Shown here piece by piece: positions 1 through 11,395 of a stretch of 64,000 nt of DNA. How positions within the stretch are numbered: position 1 is the first letter of the stretch; each line of letters starts with the position of its first letter. The translations under genes and the position numbers were made by a program. The stretch covers positions 124,001-188,000 of the forward strand of contig NEEC01000017.1 of NCBI GenBank assembly GCA_002189035.1. Direction: 5' to 3'. Under the pieces are notes generated by a model. That model saw only the letters and a list, made by a program, of their open reading frames with translations, searched no databases and had not been told where the DNA came from. The stretch is from Utricularia gibba (lineage: Eukaryota > Plantae > Magnoliophyta).

Positions 1-1637
1 ATCTGCAATCTCTTGGAAGTTACTGAGATGTTCAGCCATGGAGCCTCCATCCTTAAACTTTAGGTTGGAAAGCCTTTTATCCATCATCATTTTATTTTGG
101 GGATTGCTTGGTTGATAGATTTCTTCCAATTTATTCCAGAGTTGTTGAGCGTCTTCCAATCTGGAAATCCGATGTTGAATTGTCCTACATGCAACAAGAT
201 GTAGTTTTATTCCAGTCATCCACATTATATAAAACAACTATTGATGCATGTCGTTTCCACAAAAAAATTTAATAAGGAGTAAATTTAAGCGATGAACCTT
301 AAATAAAGTAAATGTTCTTGGGTTTGGAATCCTGTCCAGCTATGTTCGTTGCATCTTCACTCTTCCAGCTTGAGTACTCGATTATAGGAGTAAGGAATTG
401 CCTACCCTCGCTTACACTCTCTTGCAAGAAGGCACGGGAATAGCCCGATGTTGCTCCACCTTGGATGAACATGAGAATAAGAGGTCCTGCTAGCATACTT
501 GATAACACTGTTTTTGTTGTGTTTTTATATATGTGTTTAAGTGTGTTTTATAGGGTTAAATGTTGCTTAGGGTGCTAAAATGTCTTCTTTTGTGCATTCA
601 GTCTGTTAAAATGTGTTTATTGTGAAAATAGGCTCAATTGGCAACAATTGAGCCGAAGATTCTAATATTTCGTCTAGTCTGTGTTTTAAGTCTTACCAGG
701 GTAAGAGCTAGTGCTGCAGCAACGTACTTTCCGCGTTGAGAAGTCAAAAAGGGACAGAAAATCTGTGCAAAAGCCACTTTCCACCGAAAGTAGCCACCCT
801 TTTGAAGAGATAAGATATGGACCAGAGATCTCCCTTCTAGAGGACTGAGGAAAGGACAATGCTACCCTTAATTTTGAGCTGCAAAAGGGAAAAGGAAGGG
901 AGAGAAGAACAGAAGTACATTGTGCACGCAGAGTGCACTGACATCAAACAGGAGCAAGCGGGAGTGAGGAGAACGTTGTTTCTCCGGCGCAAGTCTCTGG
1001 CGACCTCCAGATCTGCGTGTCTACACCACCGTTCCGGCCAGAACTTCAATTTCCAACAGATCTCCAGCCCACAGAAGCATCCTGCAACTTTCATTTATAG
1101 ATTTCTGCACTCCCTTTTCTACGTGAACTTGAAACTGTTATTGCTGTCGTTTTTATGCTTTCTGATGCTTTTCGGTACCTTGCTGTGAACTGGAAACTCG
1201 TTGTAGACCTTGCCTTAGTTTCTAAACATGTTTCTGTTTAAGCTTTCCATGTTTGCCTTTAAGTTTCACGCGCTTTTACTGTTCCTGCGAACCATGCTCT
1301 GTTTCTGCAAACTATTACTCTGTTTTCAAGCGTTCCAAGTTGGGTTTAAGCCTAAGGGCTGTGTTGAGTGACACACGAGCTAAACCCTGGTGTAAAACCC
1401 AGCCAAATTACTTTTATTTTATGTTTTATGCACCTTCACGTTAATTTCAGTCCCTCTTCATCCCTGCAACTCGTTTATTCCAGTAACTGTTATTTTACGT
1501 CTTACCCGCATTAGACTTAAATCCCAAGAAACCCCCCCTGCTTCTGTAAATGTGTTAATCTTCACAAAAATGCAACCATTCCTTGTGGATTCTACCCTTG
1601 CTTGCCACGCTACATTAATTCTTATGATTTGTGTAGT

Positions 1638-2810
1638 TGATAACACATATTTTTAAGTGATTGAGTGCATGGAAAAGATTCATATTGTGCTACAAAAATT
1701 TAGTTTTACTACCTAATTTTATATTTTTGCGCATAAGTACCGCAATTGTGTTATTTTAGTCTTAGTTGGGACTAAATCTACGATTTAGTCTCAACCTTCT
1801 AATAGTTTTACTCGAGCAATGCAGTGCAGGTTGCAACACGAATCCCAAGGAGCCGAATATGCACAGTTTAGTGGCAGAAGATGAGTCCAAATGTCTGAAA
1901 AGTGGTACACACAAAATCCAAGGAGGAAAAAGGAAGATTTTGGACAAAAAGGGAGGAAAGGTGGAGAGAGAAGCAGATCTCCCTTTGGAGACTCAAGACA
2001 AGTTTCTGGAGATTTTTTGGAGGAAGGAGAAGGAGGGGACGACAAACCAGAAGAACACAGCTTCTCTTAAGAAATTATTTTCGTTCTTCATGTTTACTAT
2101 TTCTAGCTAAGACTAGATTTGGATTTCCTGTGTGAACGAAGTGTTTGTCCTACTTTTGCTTCATATTGCTCGTTGTTGTTTAGCATTTGTAGCCAAGATG
2201 TTGCTTAGTATCTGCTATGAAGGTGTTTTACTTTCCATTACCATGAGTAGCTAAGCACTTAGAGGGGGATGCCTTAGGGTGAGAAGGGGAGAAATATGCT
2301 AATCCATCTTTAGACCTCATAAATCATAAGTCACACTACTTCTTTAGCAAACCAGGATAGATCCAGGAGGGGGAGGTAGTGAAACCCAACTAACAACCCT
2401 AATTAGAGGTAGACCAAAGATTAGGGGGAAAAACAAGAATCCGGGTAGACCTAGATCTTGTGAGTTAGTTGAATGATTTTTGATTTATGTGAGCTTGTTT
2501 AGTGATATGCATACATTCCCTAGGAGTCCCAAGGCATCACCCATTCCATTCCAGAAACTACCGAATCCAAACTTGTTACTTTTCTTTACTGTATTTCGTT
2601 GTAGTCCTGACTTAGTCCTAGTTAAGACCAATTTTACCAATGTGACACTGATTTCATGCTTTGGCTAATCACTTGACAAGCACCTGCTCTTCGTGTTCGA
2701 CCCTAATCACTATGCTCATAATTGTTTTATGCTTGAATGTGGGTTAAGTTATAAATTTATTTGATAGGAAAATTTGCATTTAACGACATTGCGTAATTTT
2801 TCGTTTATCA
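1638..2810 (+). mobile_element. Solo LTR, Athila-like family C (1173 bp)
   Basis: Termini are TGATAAC...GTTTATCA. Perfect 5-bp TSD GTAGT at 1633-1637 and 2811-2815. No PBS or PPT adjacent. A second copy lies inverted at 3923-4830. Confidence 0.9.
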
Positions 2811-2878
2811 GTAGTATAATAGCTCGGTTTATAAATTTCTTTTGATACGTTGAATGTGCTAAACCGCGATTTGAGCCT

Positions 2879-3833
2879 ATGAGGAATCATCCCAATTTTA
2901 GCTGGAGAAGCACCAACGTGGAGAATCCACAACATCTGGGATTCACTCAACCGCAGCAGCAACCAGCTCCACCAATTTCGTTTCAACAAGGACAGAGTGT
3001 TCAGCAGGGGAATAGGTATCAAAGCAGGCCTTATCAACCTCCACATCAAAGAGTCGATCAGCCAAGCACTTCAGGTGTTAAACCACCTCCTTCCACTAAA
3101 GAAATGATGAAGATGATGCTGGAAAACATGGCCAGACGTGATGCTGAACAAGCAAAAAGGGATGCTGAACAGGCCAAAAGGGATGTTGAATCTGAGAAGA
3201 TGATGAAGAGTCTTGAGAGGCAAATTGGCCAACTTGCTATAGAGCTCACTGAACTGAAAGGAAACTCAGGGAAATTACCATCTCAGCCCAATGCTGATCC
3301 GAAGGCCAACATTTCTGCTATAGAAATTCGTGGGGGAAAGCAGCTACCTGACCGAAAAGCCCCTACAAGCCACAGCAAAGCAGCAGAAGGGATTCAAATT
3401 AATTCTGAGGATAAGGTGCAGCATGAAAAGGCAGTAGGGGAACCTGTTGTTGAGATCAAGAAGACGTCTCCTTTTCCTGGAAGATTGCAAGCTCGAGCAA
3501 GGCAAGAAGAAAAGGACTCTATCATTTCAGCCTTGGACTCTGCAACGATCACCATGAAGGCTGTAGATTATTTAAGGCAAGTGCCGAAAGGGATCAAAGT
3601 TCGAAGAGGAAAAGCAAGGATGAGGACGTGATCAAAGTCAGTGCTCAAGTCTCCGCATACCTGACCCACCCACCCGATGCCAGAAAAATGTTCAGACCCT
3701 GGAACATTTTTTGTTCCTATCCAGGTAGGAACTAAATTCATCAGCAGGGCAATGGCAGATCAAGGCGCTTCAATCAACATGATGCCTTATGAAGTTTATT
3801 TGGCACTGGATTTGGAACCCCTCAGGCCTTATG
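2879..3833 (+). pseudogene. Ty3/gypsy gag C-terminus and aspartic protease fragment
   Basis: ORF 2879-3631 has RNHPNFSW and GKLPSQP..NPK motifs. After a stop/frameshift the sequence reads CSDPGTFFVPIQVG...AMADQGASINMMP (protease DxGAS motif). Confidence 0.85.
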
Positions 3834-3922
3834 AAGAAATAATAAGAAAATGACACTTAACAACTATCCAGTATGATGTAGCAAGTTTGAATCTAATAAG
3901 TGGAAATGATTAGGAATACACT

Positions 3923-4830
3923 TGATAAACGAAAAATTAGCAATTTCGTTAAATTGCAATTTTCCCTATCAAATAAATTTATAACCTAACACACATTTAA
4001 GCATATAACAATTATGAGCATAGTGATTAGGGTCAAACACGAAGCGTAGGTGCTTGTCATGTGATTAGTGCATGCATGCAATCAGTGTCATGTTAGTAGA
4101 TTTGGTCTTAACTATGACTAAAGCAGAGTTGCGATAAAATGCAGTAAAGAAAAATAACAAGTTTATGAATTCGATTGTTCTTATAATGAAATGGGTGATG
4201 CCTTGAGACTCCTGGGGGATGTATGCTCATCACTAAACAAGCTCATACAAACCATAAATCAAACAACTAACTCACAAGGTCTAGGTCTACCCGGACTCTT
4301 GTTTTCTCCCTAATTTTTTGTCTACCTCTAATTAGGGTTGTTAATCTAGGTTTCACTACTTCCCCCTCTTGGATCTATTCTGGTTTGTTAAGAAAGTGGC
4401 GTGACATATGGGTTGATTAGAACTAAGATTGATTAGCACATTTCTCCCCCTTTCACCCCAAATCACCCCTAAGTACTTAGTCACTCATGCTTAAGATAAA
4501 CGAAAAATAGAAAAGAAAACATCATCCACATTGTAATCTCACAGTTAAATACCAAAAAGTAAACAAGTAAGGAATTTAAAATGTCAACAAAAAACTAGAA
4601 AATGTTGCTAGTTGTTTTTAGCTAAGAGTAATATTCTTTGGAAACAAAAAAATAGTCTTCAAACATCAGCTTCGTTCCTGTTCGTTGTCCTCCTACTTTC
4701 CCCCTCCCCCCCCCCAAAAAAAAAAATTCTCCAGAAAGAATGTCGTGTGTCTCCAATGGGGGAGATCTTTTTCTCTCTCATCTTGTCCCCCTTTTTGTCC
4801 AAAATCCACTTTTTCTCCTCTTTGGATTTT
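3923..4830 (-). mobile_element. Truncated family-C LTR in reverse orientation
   Basis: Collinear with the reverse complement of about 1915-2810 (TGATAAACGAAAAATT... at 3923). It stops at 4830, where family-B LTR sequence begins. Confidence 0.85.
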
Positions 4831-4831
4831 T

Positions 4832-6677
4832 TCCTATAACTGAGTACTCGAGAGGACCAGAGAAGAGTGAAGATGCAACGAACATAGCTGGATAGGATTC
4901 CAAACCCAGCAACACTTACTTTATTTAAGGTTCATCGCTTACGTTTATTTCAGTTGTCTGTTCAAAACCCCCTTATTCCCTTACTCAAGCTTCATCAGCA
5001 ACATTTCTCACACCTTTTACCTTCAAAACCGTTTACAAATCGTGACTCCACTGTTGGGTTTCTCGTAGACATCGTATGTCTCAAAAGCAACGGAATTTTA
5101 AAAAGTTTGAGAAATCCTCAACGCAGATCTTGGAATACGGTATACATCAAACTAAGGGATGCTGAAATACCTTTCAGATGACTCCGTTGTTCACCAACCG
5201 CCAATAGGAGACGGCCTCTATGGTATCCACACGTGGAGCACTCCGTCGATAACCTTCTCAAGGCTCTTGAATGCTGGTCGAGTTCCTCAGGTGCTAGTAG
5301 AGAAAAACGCTTCCTAGTGGATTAGTCTCAGAGAGCACGAAGACCCTTGGAGCATCTCTCAAGATCTAAATCTTTTGATAGATATATGGTAACATATCAA
5401 ATCATATCTCCGTAAAGATCTTATCTTGTGGAGATATGTATATGTTCCAAATCTTATCTATATATGATCTTTTATTTTGAGTTTAATCAATATTAATCTC
5501 AAAATAACTCTCAATTTAATTTATCCACTTTACCAATTACATCTCATGTAATTGTGTCATTCTATTTTATATCGATGAGTGACTTCACTATTGTGTGTGA
5601 TCCTATAGGCTTCTTCAATCAAAGCCGTAATAATGGATTTATTAATTAACTCTTAATTAATCAAATCCATCATTATCGATCATGAGTTATGTCTAGCAAC
5701 ACATCATGATTCTCAAGATGTAAGAATAATCAGGTGAACTGATTGAGCCTTTCCATGACCAGCCACCAAGCAGTGAATAGCTTTCATCATACTTATATCT
5801 CATTCGATACTAGAACATGGGTGTGTGTCTTTCTTATGTATCGAACTTATAATTGCATTCAAGCACTAACACTCAATGACCTACTCAAATAATTCGAGTG
5901 TCATTACCCTGGGCCCAGAACTTACTGTTAGGCTTTGATGCAATTACTTGAGATATGATCTCATCGCTAACATGAGTGATGAATCCTTTATTGATCAATA
6001 AACTATCTCCAACCTTAAGGAGTCACATCCCTACTCATCCATACTAGGCAAGCCATGGTTAGGCTCCCATTAGTAATGAGCGAAAATGTGAGCTTAAGAT
6101 CAAGAGAACTTTGTTGACCTCAAATCTAAGCTTAATTGCACGGCTGTCATATTCGAGATCTTGCTACTGACACTTGGTTAGCTTCCCATAGTAGCATCTC
6201 GAAGATGAGTCATCCAGTGAATCGATTCTCTAATCGACACCCACACATAGGTTCTAGTAATCTCATTACATCAATTATGAGAACCATTGCCTAAACTGTT
6301 TAGGGAACTCAATGTGTGCCAGCTTATCCGTATTTGTGATATCCTCATTTCACAAATACTCTAGCTAGGGAGTTTTTAACTTGATCACGAGTGCTTGAAC
6401 AATCTCACATTATGATCTCATCATAATTTTTATAGCACATAGATCAAGTAGAGGATTTTATCAATGATATAAATTTGATCACAATTCAAAGTAAATATCA
6501 TAAGATAAGATTTGCCAATGAGTTGATTGTCTCTAGAACACATACACTAACAAGTTGTATTCGGGGTGCCTCACCTTTCACTCAAAAACAACTCCCTGTG
6601 TTCGACACCCGTACTATGCTTTTGTGTTTTACGAGTTTTAAAAGTATTAAAATTTGTTGTGGAAACGACACGCATCA
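4832..6677 (+). repeat. 5' LTR of element B (3' portion only, split by an insertion at 5047-6552)
   Basis: 4832-5046 matches 14717-14930 and 6553-6677 matches 14931-15055. It ends ...CGCATCA just before the PBS. Confidence 0.9.
5052..6552 (-). mobile_element. Isolated copia-type LTR, probably Angela lineage (1501 bp)
   Basis: On the minus strand it reads TGTTAGTGTATGTGTTCTAGAGACAATC...AAACCCAACA, with TG...CA ends. The start resembles the BARE-1/Angela LTR start TGTTGGAATTATGCCCTAGAGGCAA (recalled). It is absent from the sister 3' LTR. No TSD. Confidence 0.75.
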
Positions 6678-6683
6678 AATTTT

Positions 6684-6701
6684 TGGCACCGTTGCCGGGG
6701 A
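6684..6701 (+). other. Primer binding site (tRNA-Asp type, typical of Athila)
   Basis: TGGCACCGTTGCCGGGGA, separated from the LTR end at 6677 by 6 nt. Confidence 0.9.
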
Positions 6702-6915
6702 GTTGAATTTTTTTTGTGTTTGGTGTTGTGTGTGAGTTTCGTTTTATCTTCCTTTTTGTTTTCTTGTCTTTTTCCTTTTTCTTTCTGTTTTTCTTCCCTT
6801 TCCTTGTTGTTTCTTTCCCTTGTTTCCGTTTCTCCTCTGTTTTTCTCTTTTTATGTAGCCAGGTCTACCAAGGGCTCGTCCAAGCCTGAGATCTTACAGA
6901 GAAGTTTTATATCCT

Positions 6916-9900
6916 TTGGAACAAGAGGTGGAACGAACCTTTCTTTCTAAAAAGAGAGAGCAGACGTCTTGTTCGACCACTGGAGACATCATGGCAACAC
7001 ATGTACCCGTTGGAGTACCAATAGTGCCCGAGACCCAGGGAGAACAACCTCACGGAAACTTTCCAGTACTAGTTCCCACTAATTATGGACCAGCACTACA
7101 GACCATCAAGGAGGAAATCACTGCAAATCATTCAGACCGTCCCTTATGCATCATCTTCGATGGAGAAGAAGACTATGAGCTACGTCCTTACTTATTCCAT
7201 ACGCTTCCAAAGTTTGCTGGAAGGAAAAATGACGACCCTAACTGTCATCTACGTGAGTTGCACACGGCTTGTGCATCCATGCGCCCCAAGGGAGCCACGG
7301 AGAATCAAGTCAAACTTAGAGTGTTTCCTTTCAGTCTTACCGAACAAGCTTTGGAGTGGCTCTATGGACTTCCACCTTCATCTATCGCCACATGGGAGCA
7401 GATGGTTCAAAAGTTCTTAGATCGCTATGCACCACTAGGAAGAGCTTCTGCTGGAAGGAGAGCTTTAACCACTATGATGCAGAGTGAAGGAGAAAACTTG
7501 CAAGAGTATTATGATCGTTTCAACCGAATCTGCAACTCCTACCCTCAGTATGGACTCACTAAAGGCCAGATCTTACAGCACTTCTATGAAGGATTGACTC
7601 CTATGATCCAAGGACAAATGGATGCTGCTTGTAATGGATCATTATTAGCGAACCGTCACAGTGCTGATGCCCACAGACTCATTGAGCAAATGGCTGCTAA
7701 TTCCTATTCCACAGCCAATCGTTATGACAACTCCTATAGACCACCTGGTGGAAACATTGGAACAGCGAAAGCGGTCTATGGAGTGGACAACTCAGAAGTA
7801 TTGGCTCAACTTGCAGCAATGAGCGACACATTGAAGTTTGGTCTTCAAGCCTTGCTTCAACAAAAGGTAGGATATTAAGGAACCTCAAGTTCTATGCCAT
7901 CTCACTTTGACTCTGGATCAAGAGTTCCTGAAATGCCGGTGGAAGAAGTTAATGCCTTTTATCAGAACCAAGGTGGGACGTACAACTATGGAAATTATCA
8001 GATGCCTTGAAGAGACCATCCTTGTTTTCGCTGGAGACAGCCAGCACCCCCTGGTCAAGCACCATCATTAGGGAACCCACCTGGTATTCCTCATAAGACT
8101 ATCACTGGGCCACCTCAACCATTGCAGATAACCGGACCTCCAAAACAACACATGGTTCCATACCATCCGAATCACAGTTTAGAGGCCATGGTCAAATCTC
8201 TTGCGGAAAGCACCTCCAAAATGTATGCTGAACAGAAGGACATGAAGGGCCAAATCACGAGTATTCAAGGCCAGATTACTCAGCTTGCACAAGCAATGAA
8301 CCGTTTGGAAACAAAGGGAGGATTGACATCACAACCAGTGTAGAATCCAGAGCACATAAATGCCATCTCGCTGAGAAGTGGAACTAACCTACCAGACCCT
8401 TACCCATGGTTCACAAACAAGGTAGACAGGTCCGAAGAAAAGGAGCTGGAGGTCATAGATAGTGATTCAGATGTTGATGAAGAAATCATTGACGAGGACC
8501 TAGATGACTCACAAGTGCAGAACAATGATGTTCCAAAGTCAACCGAAAATGTTCAGGAGAAGGAGGCAATTGAAGTTCCTCAGACCAAGCCTTTGGTCAT
8601 ACCGCCACCCTTCCCGATGAGGCTTCGAAGAAGGAACAAGGACAAGAAAGGACTGAAAACTTTTATGGAAATGATGAAAAAGGTTAATGTTTCTATTCCT
8701 CTTCTTGACATGATTGAAAAGGTCCCCAAGTATGCCAAGTTGCTGAAGGACCTATGTGACCCAAAGAATAAAGCAAAGGTGGAACAAGAAGTGATCCCTT
8801 TGATCGAAAACATTTCAGCCATCATTCAAAGGAGAATGCCACGTAAGTGTAAGGATCCCGGTATGTTTTCAATTCAAGTTACCATCGGAAATACAAGGAT
8901 TTCAGTAGCTATGTGTGATCTTGGTGCCTCGGTTAATGTTATGCCTAGATCTCTTTATTTTTCTCTTGCATCTAAGTTAGGAAAACTTGAACCGACGAAT
9001 ATTGTATGCCAATTAGCAGATAGATCACAAGTTACACCAGATGGTAGAATTGAAGATGTTTTTGTTCATGTTAAGAATTTAGTTTTTCCAGCTGACTTTT
9101 TGGTTATTCCTATGGAAAATGAGAATCCTAAGGTTTCGGAGTCCATTATTTTGGGATGACCATTCATGGCTACTGCAGGTACAAAGATCGATGTTCAAGC
9201 AGGCACCATCAGTCTTCAGTTCGATGGGCAGGTGCTGGACTTTAGTCTTGACAAAGCCATGAAGCATCCTGATCAGACCAATGAGATACATGCGATCTCC
9301 ACATGCGAAACTGATACTGATCACTATGCGATGATCCATGAACAAGGGCCCGAATTCGATTTAGACACGGAGATTTCTCAATCTGAAGACTTTCCTTTTG
9401 CTGAACTTGAAGTCTTTAATCATTCAGATGATCCACCCGACGAACCTCATGTGCAGGATGTTTCTTTTCTTAGCTTGGAAACATCTAGCGAGCCACTAGT
9501 ACCTTCCGTTATTCGAGCACCATCATTAGAGTTAAAAACTTTGCCCGAACATTTGAAATATTTTTTTCTTGGTGATGATGATATCCTACCTGTTATTGTT
9601 TCTAGTTTACTAACCTTGGAACAGGAGGAGAAGCTTAAAGCTGTGCTTCAAGAGCACAAACAAGCAATTGGTTGGACTTTAGCTGACATCAAGGGAATCA
9701 GCCCTCCTATTTGCACTCATAGGATTTACCTAGAGGATGGGACGAAGCCATTTCGACAGCCACAGAGGAGACTGAACTCCCCGATGGTGGAAGTGGTCAA
9801 GAAAGAGATTTTGAAGCTGTTATCTGCAGGTATCATTTATCCTACATCTGACAGTGAGTGGGTTAGCCCTGTGCAGGTTGTCCCAAAGAAGACTGGTATC

Positions 9901-11395
9901 ACAGTGATGAACAATGAACAAGGGGAACTTATTCCCACAAGAGTGCAGAATGGTTGGAGGATGTGTGTGGACTATCGCAAGCTGAATTCCGCCACCAGGA
10001 AAGACCACTATCCCCTTCCTTTTATAGACCAAATGCTTGAATGACTTGCAGGGAAGAGCCACTATTGTTGCTTGGATGGATATTCCGGTTTCCACCATAT
10101 TCCCGTGGCTCTTGAAGATCAATCCAAGGTAGTTTTTGTTTGCCCTTTTGCAACTTTTGCCTATCTTTCCAAGGATGCCATTTGGACTATGCAATGCACC
10201 TGCCACTTTCCAAAGATGCATGGTGAGTATCTTTTCGGAGTATGTGGAAGAAATTAGTGAGGTCTTCATGGATTATTTCACTGTTTATGGCAATAGTTTT
10301 GATGAATGCTTAGGAAACTTATCTTTGATTTTGAAAAGCTGTGTTGAGACTAACCTTGTGCTTAACTATGAGAAGTGTCATTTTATGGTTGAGCAAGGCA
10401 TCATTTTGGGACATGTAGTTTCCAAGAGAGGAATTGAAGTGGACAAAGCAAAGGTTGAGGTAATCCAAAAACTACCTTACCCTACTTGTGTTCGAGACAT
10501 TCGCTCCTTTCTTGGTCATGCGGGATTCTATAGAAGGTTTATCCAAAATTTTTCGAAAATTACATCCCCCTTATGTGTCTTGTTACACAAAAATGTTGAT
10601 TTCACTTTTGATGAGAATTGTCGGTTAGCTTTTGATACCTTGAAAGAAAAACTTGTTTCGGCCTCTATCATTCAGGCTCCTAACTGGAATTTTCCTTTTG
10701 AGCTCATGTGTGACGCTAGTGATGTAGCATTAGGAGCGGTCCTCGGACAGAAATTGGAGAAGGCATCACATGTGATCCACTACGCCTCAAAATGTATGGA
10801 TGATGCACAGTGGAATTATAAGACAACATAGAAATTCCGACCCTACTTGCTTGGAGCCAAGATCATTGTTTACTCCGATCATGCAGCGTTGAGGTATCTC
10901 CTCAACAAAAAGGATTCGAAACCTCGTCTTATCAGATGGATCCTATTGCTCCAGGAGCTTGACATAGAAATCCAAGATAAGAAAGGATGCGAGAATTTGG
11001 TAGCAAATCATCTCAGCCGCATCACCTCTGGAGAAGCATCCAGCCCCATTGATGACAACTTCCCTGATGAGCACTTATTCATGATCCATGATGGAAGTCC
11101 CTGGTACACGGGCATTGTGAATTTTCCTGTAATAGGACATTTTCCGGAGGACTTCCAGCCTCATCAAAAGGAGAAATTGCGGAGTGACAGTATGCACTAC
11201 ATTTGGGACGACCCATACCTATTGAAGATTGGGCCAGATCAAATTCTTCGCCGGTGTATCCCTCAAGGTGAAGTGCATTCAATTCTTACTCATAGCCATG
11301 AACTACCTTGTGGGGGTCATTTTGGTCCCAAGATCACAATTAACAAGGTCTTGGAAGCTAGCTTCTATTGGTCTACTCTTTTTCGAGATGCATAC
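6916..11395 (+). pseudogene. gag-pol of element B (gag, protease, RT, RNase H, integrase zinc-finger start), with several stops and frameshifts
   Basis: Gag FPFSLTEQALEWL; protease AMCDLGASVNVMP; RT WRMCVDYRKLN, KDHYPLPFIDQMLE, MPFGLCNAPATFQRCM; RNase H FELMCDASDVALGAVLGQ; integrase start H..PCGGHFG...FYW. The integrase core is missing. Confidence 0.93.

Larger units (their letters stand above)
500..3833 (+). mobile_element. Truncated Athila-like LTR retrotransposon remnant (element A): LTR about 500-2870 joined to a gag/protease fragment
   Basis: It starts with TGATAAC at 500 and has Athila-type LTR composition. After the nested solo LTR it runs straight into the gag motif RNHPNFSW with no PBS, and it ends abruptly at 3833 inside the protease region. 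Confidence 0.7.
242..3862 (-). mobile_element. Degenerate solo LTR of Athila-like family B, internally deleted and interrupted by element A
   Basis: 3834-3862 is the reverse complement of the first 29 nt of the family-B LTR at 13713 (TGTTAAGTGTCATTTTCTTATTATTTCTT). 289-495 matches about 14610-14826. 242-273 matches the LTR end (...GAAACGACAyGCATCA). The same 5-mer, ACTAT, flanks both termini (237-241 and 3863-3867), giving a perfect TSD. Confidence 0.85.

Noticed and set aside
1-236. Possible decayed LINE or other coding remnant
   Set aside because: No motif long enough to support a call.
299-508. Similar short ORFs (GGATSGYSRAFLQES...) at 299-508 and 14369-14779, and the SVQNPLIPLLKLH ORFs at 4954 and 14838
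   Set aside because: They recur only because they lie in copies of the same LTR; there is no sign of a protein family.
3834-4832. An inversion that flipped the start of element B's 5' LTR
   Set aside because: The 29-nt LTR start at 3834-3862 pairs with the LTR end at 242 through a perfect ACTAT TSD, so it belongs to a separate solo LTR. Its flank does not match the flank after 15055 (CCTAG).
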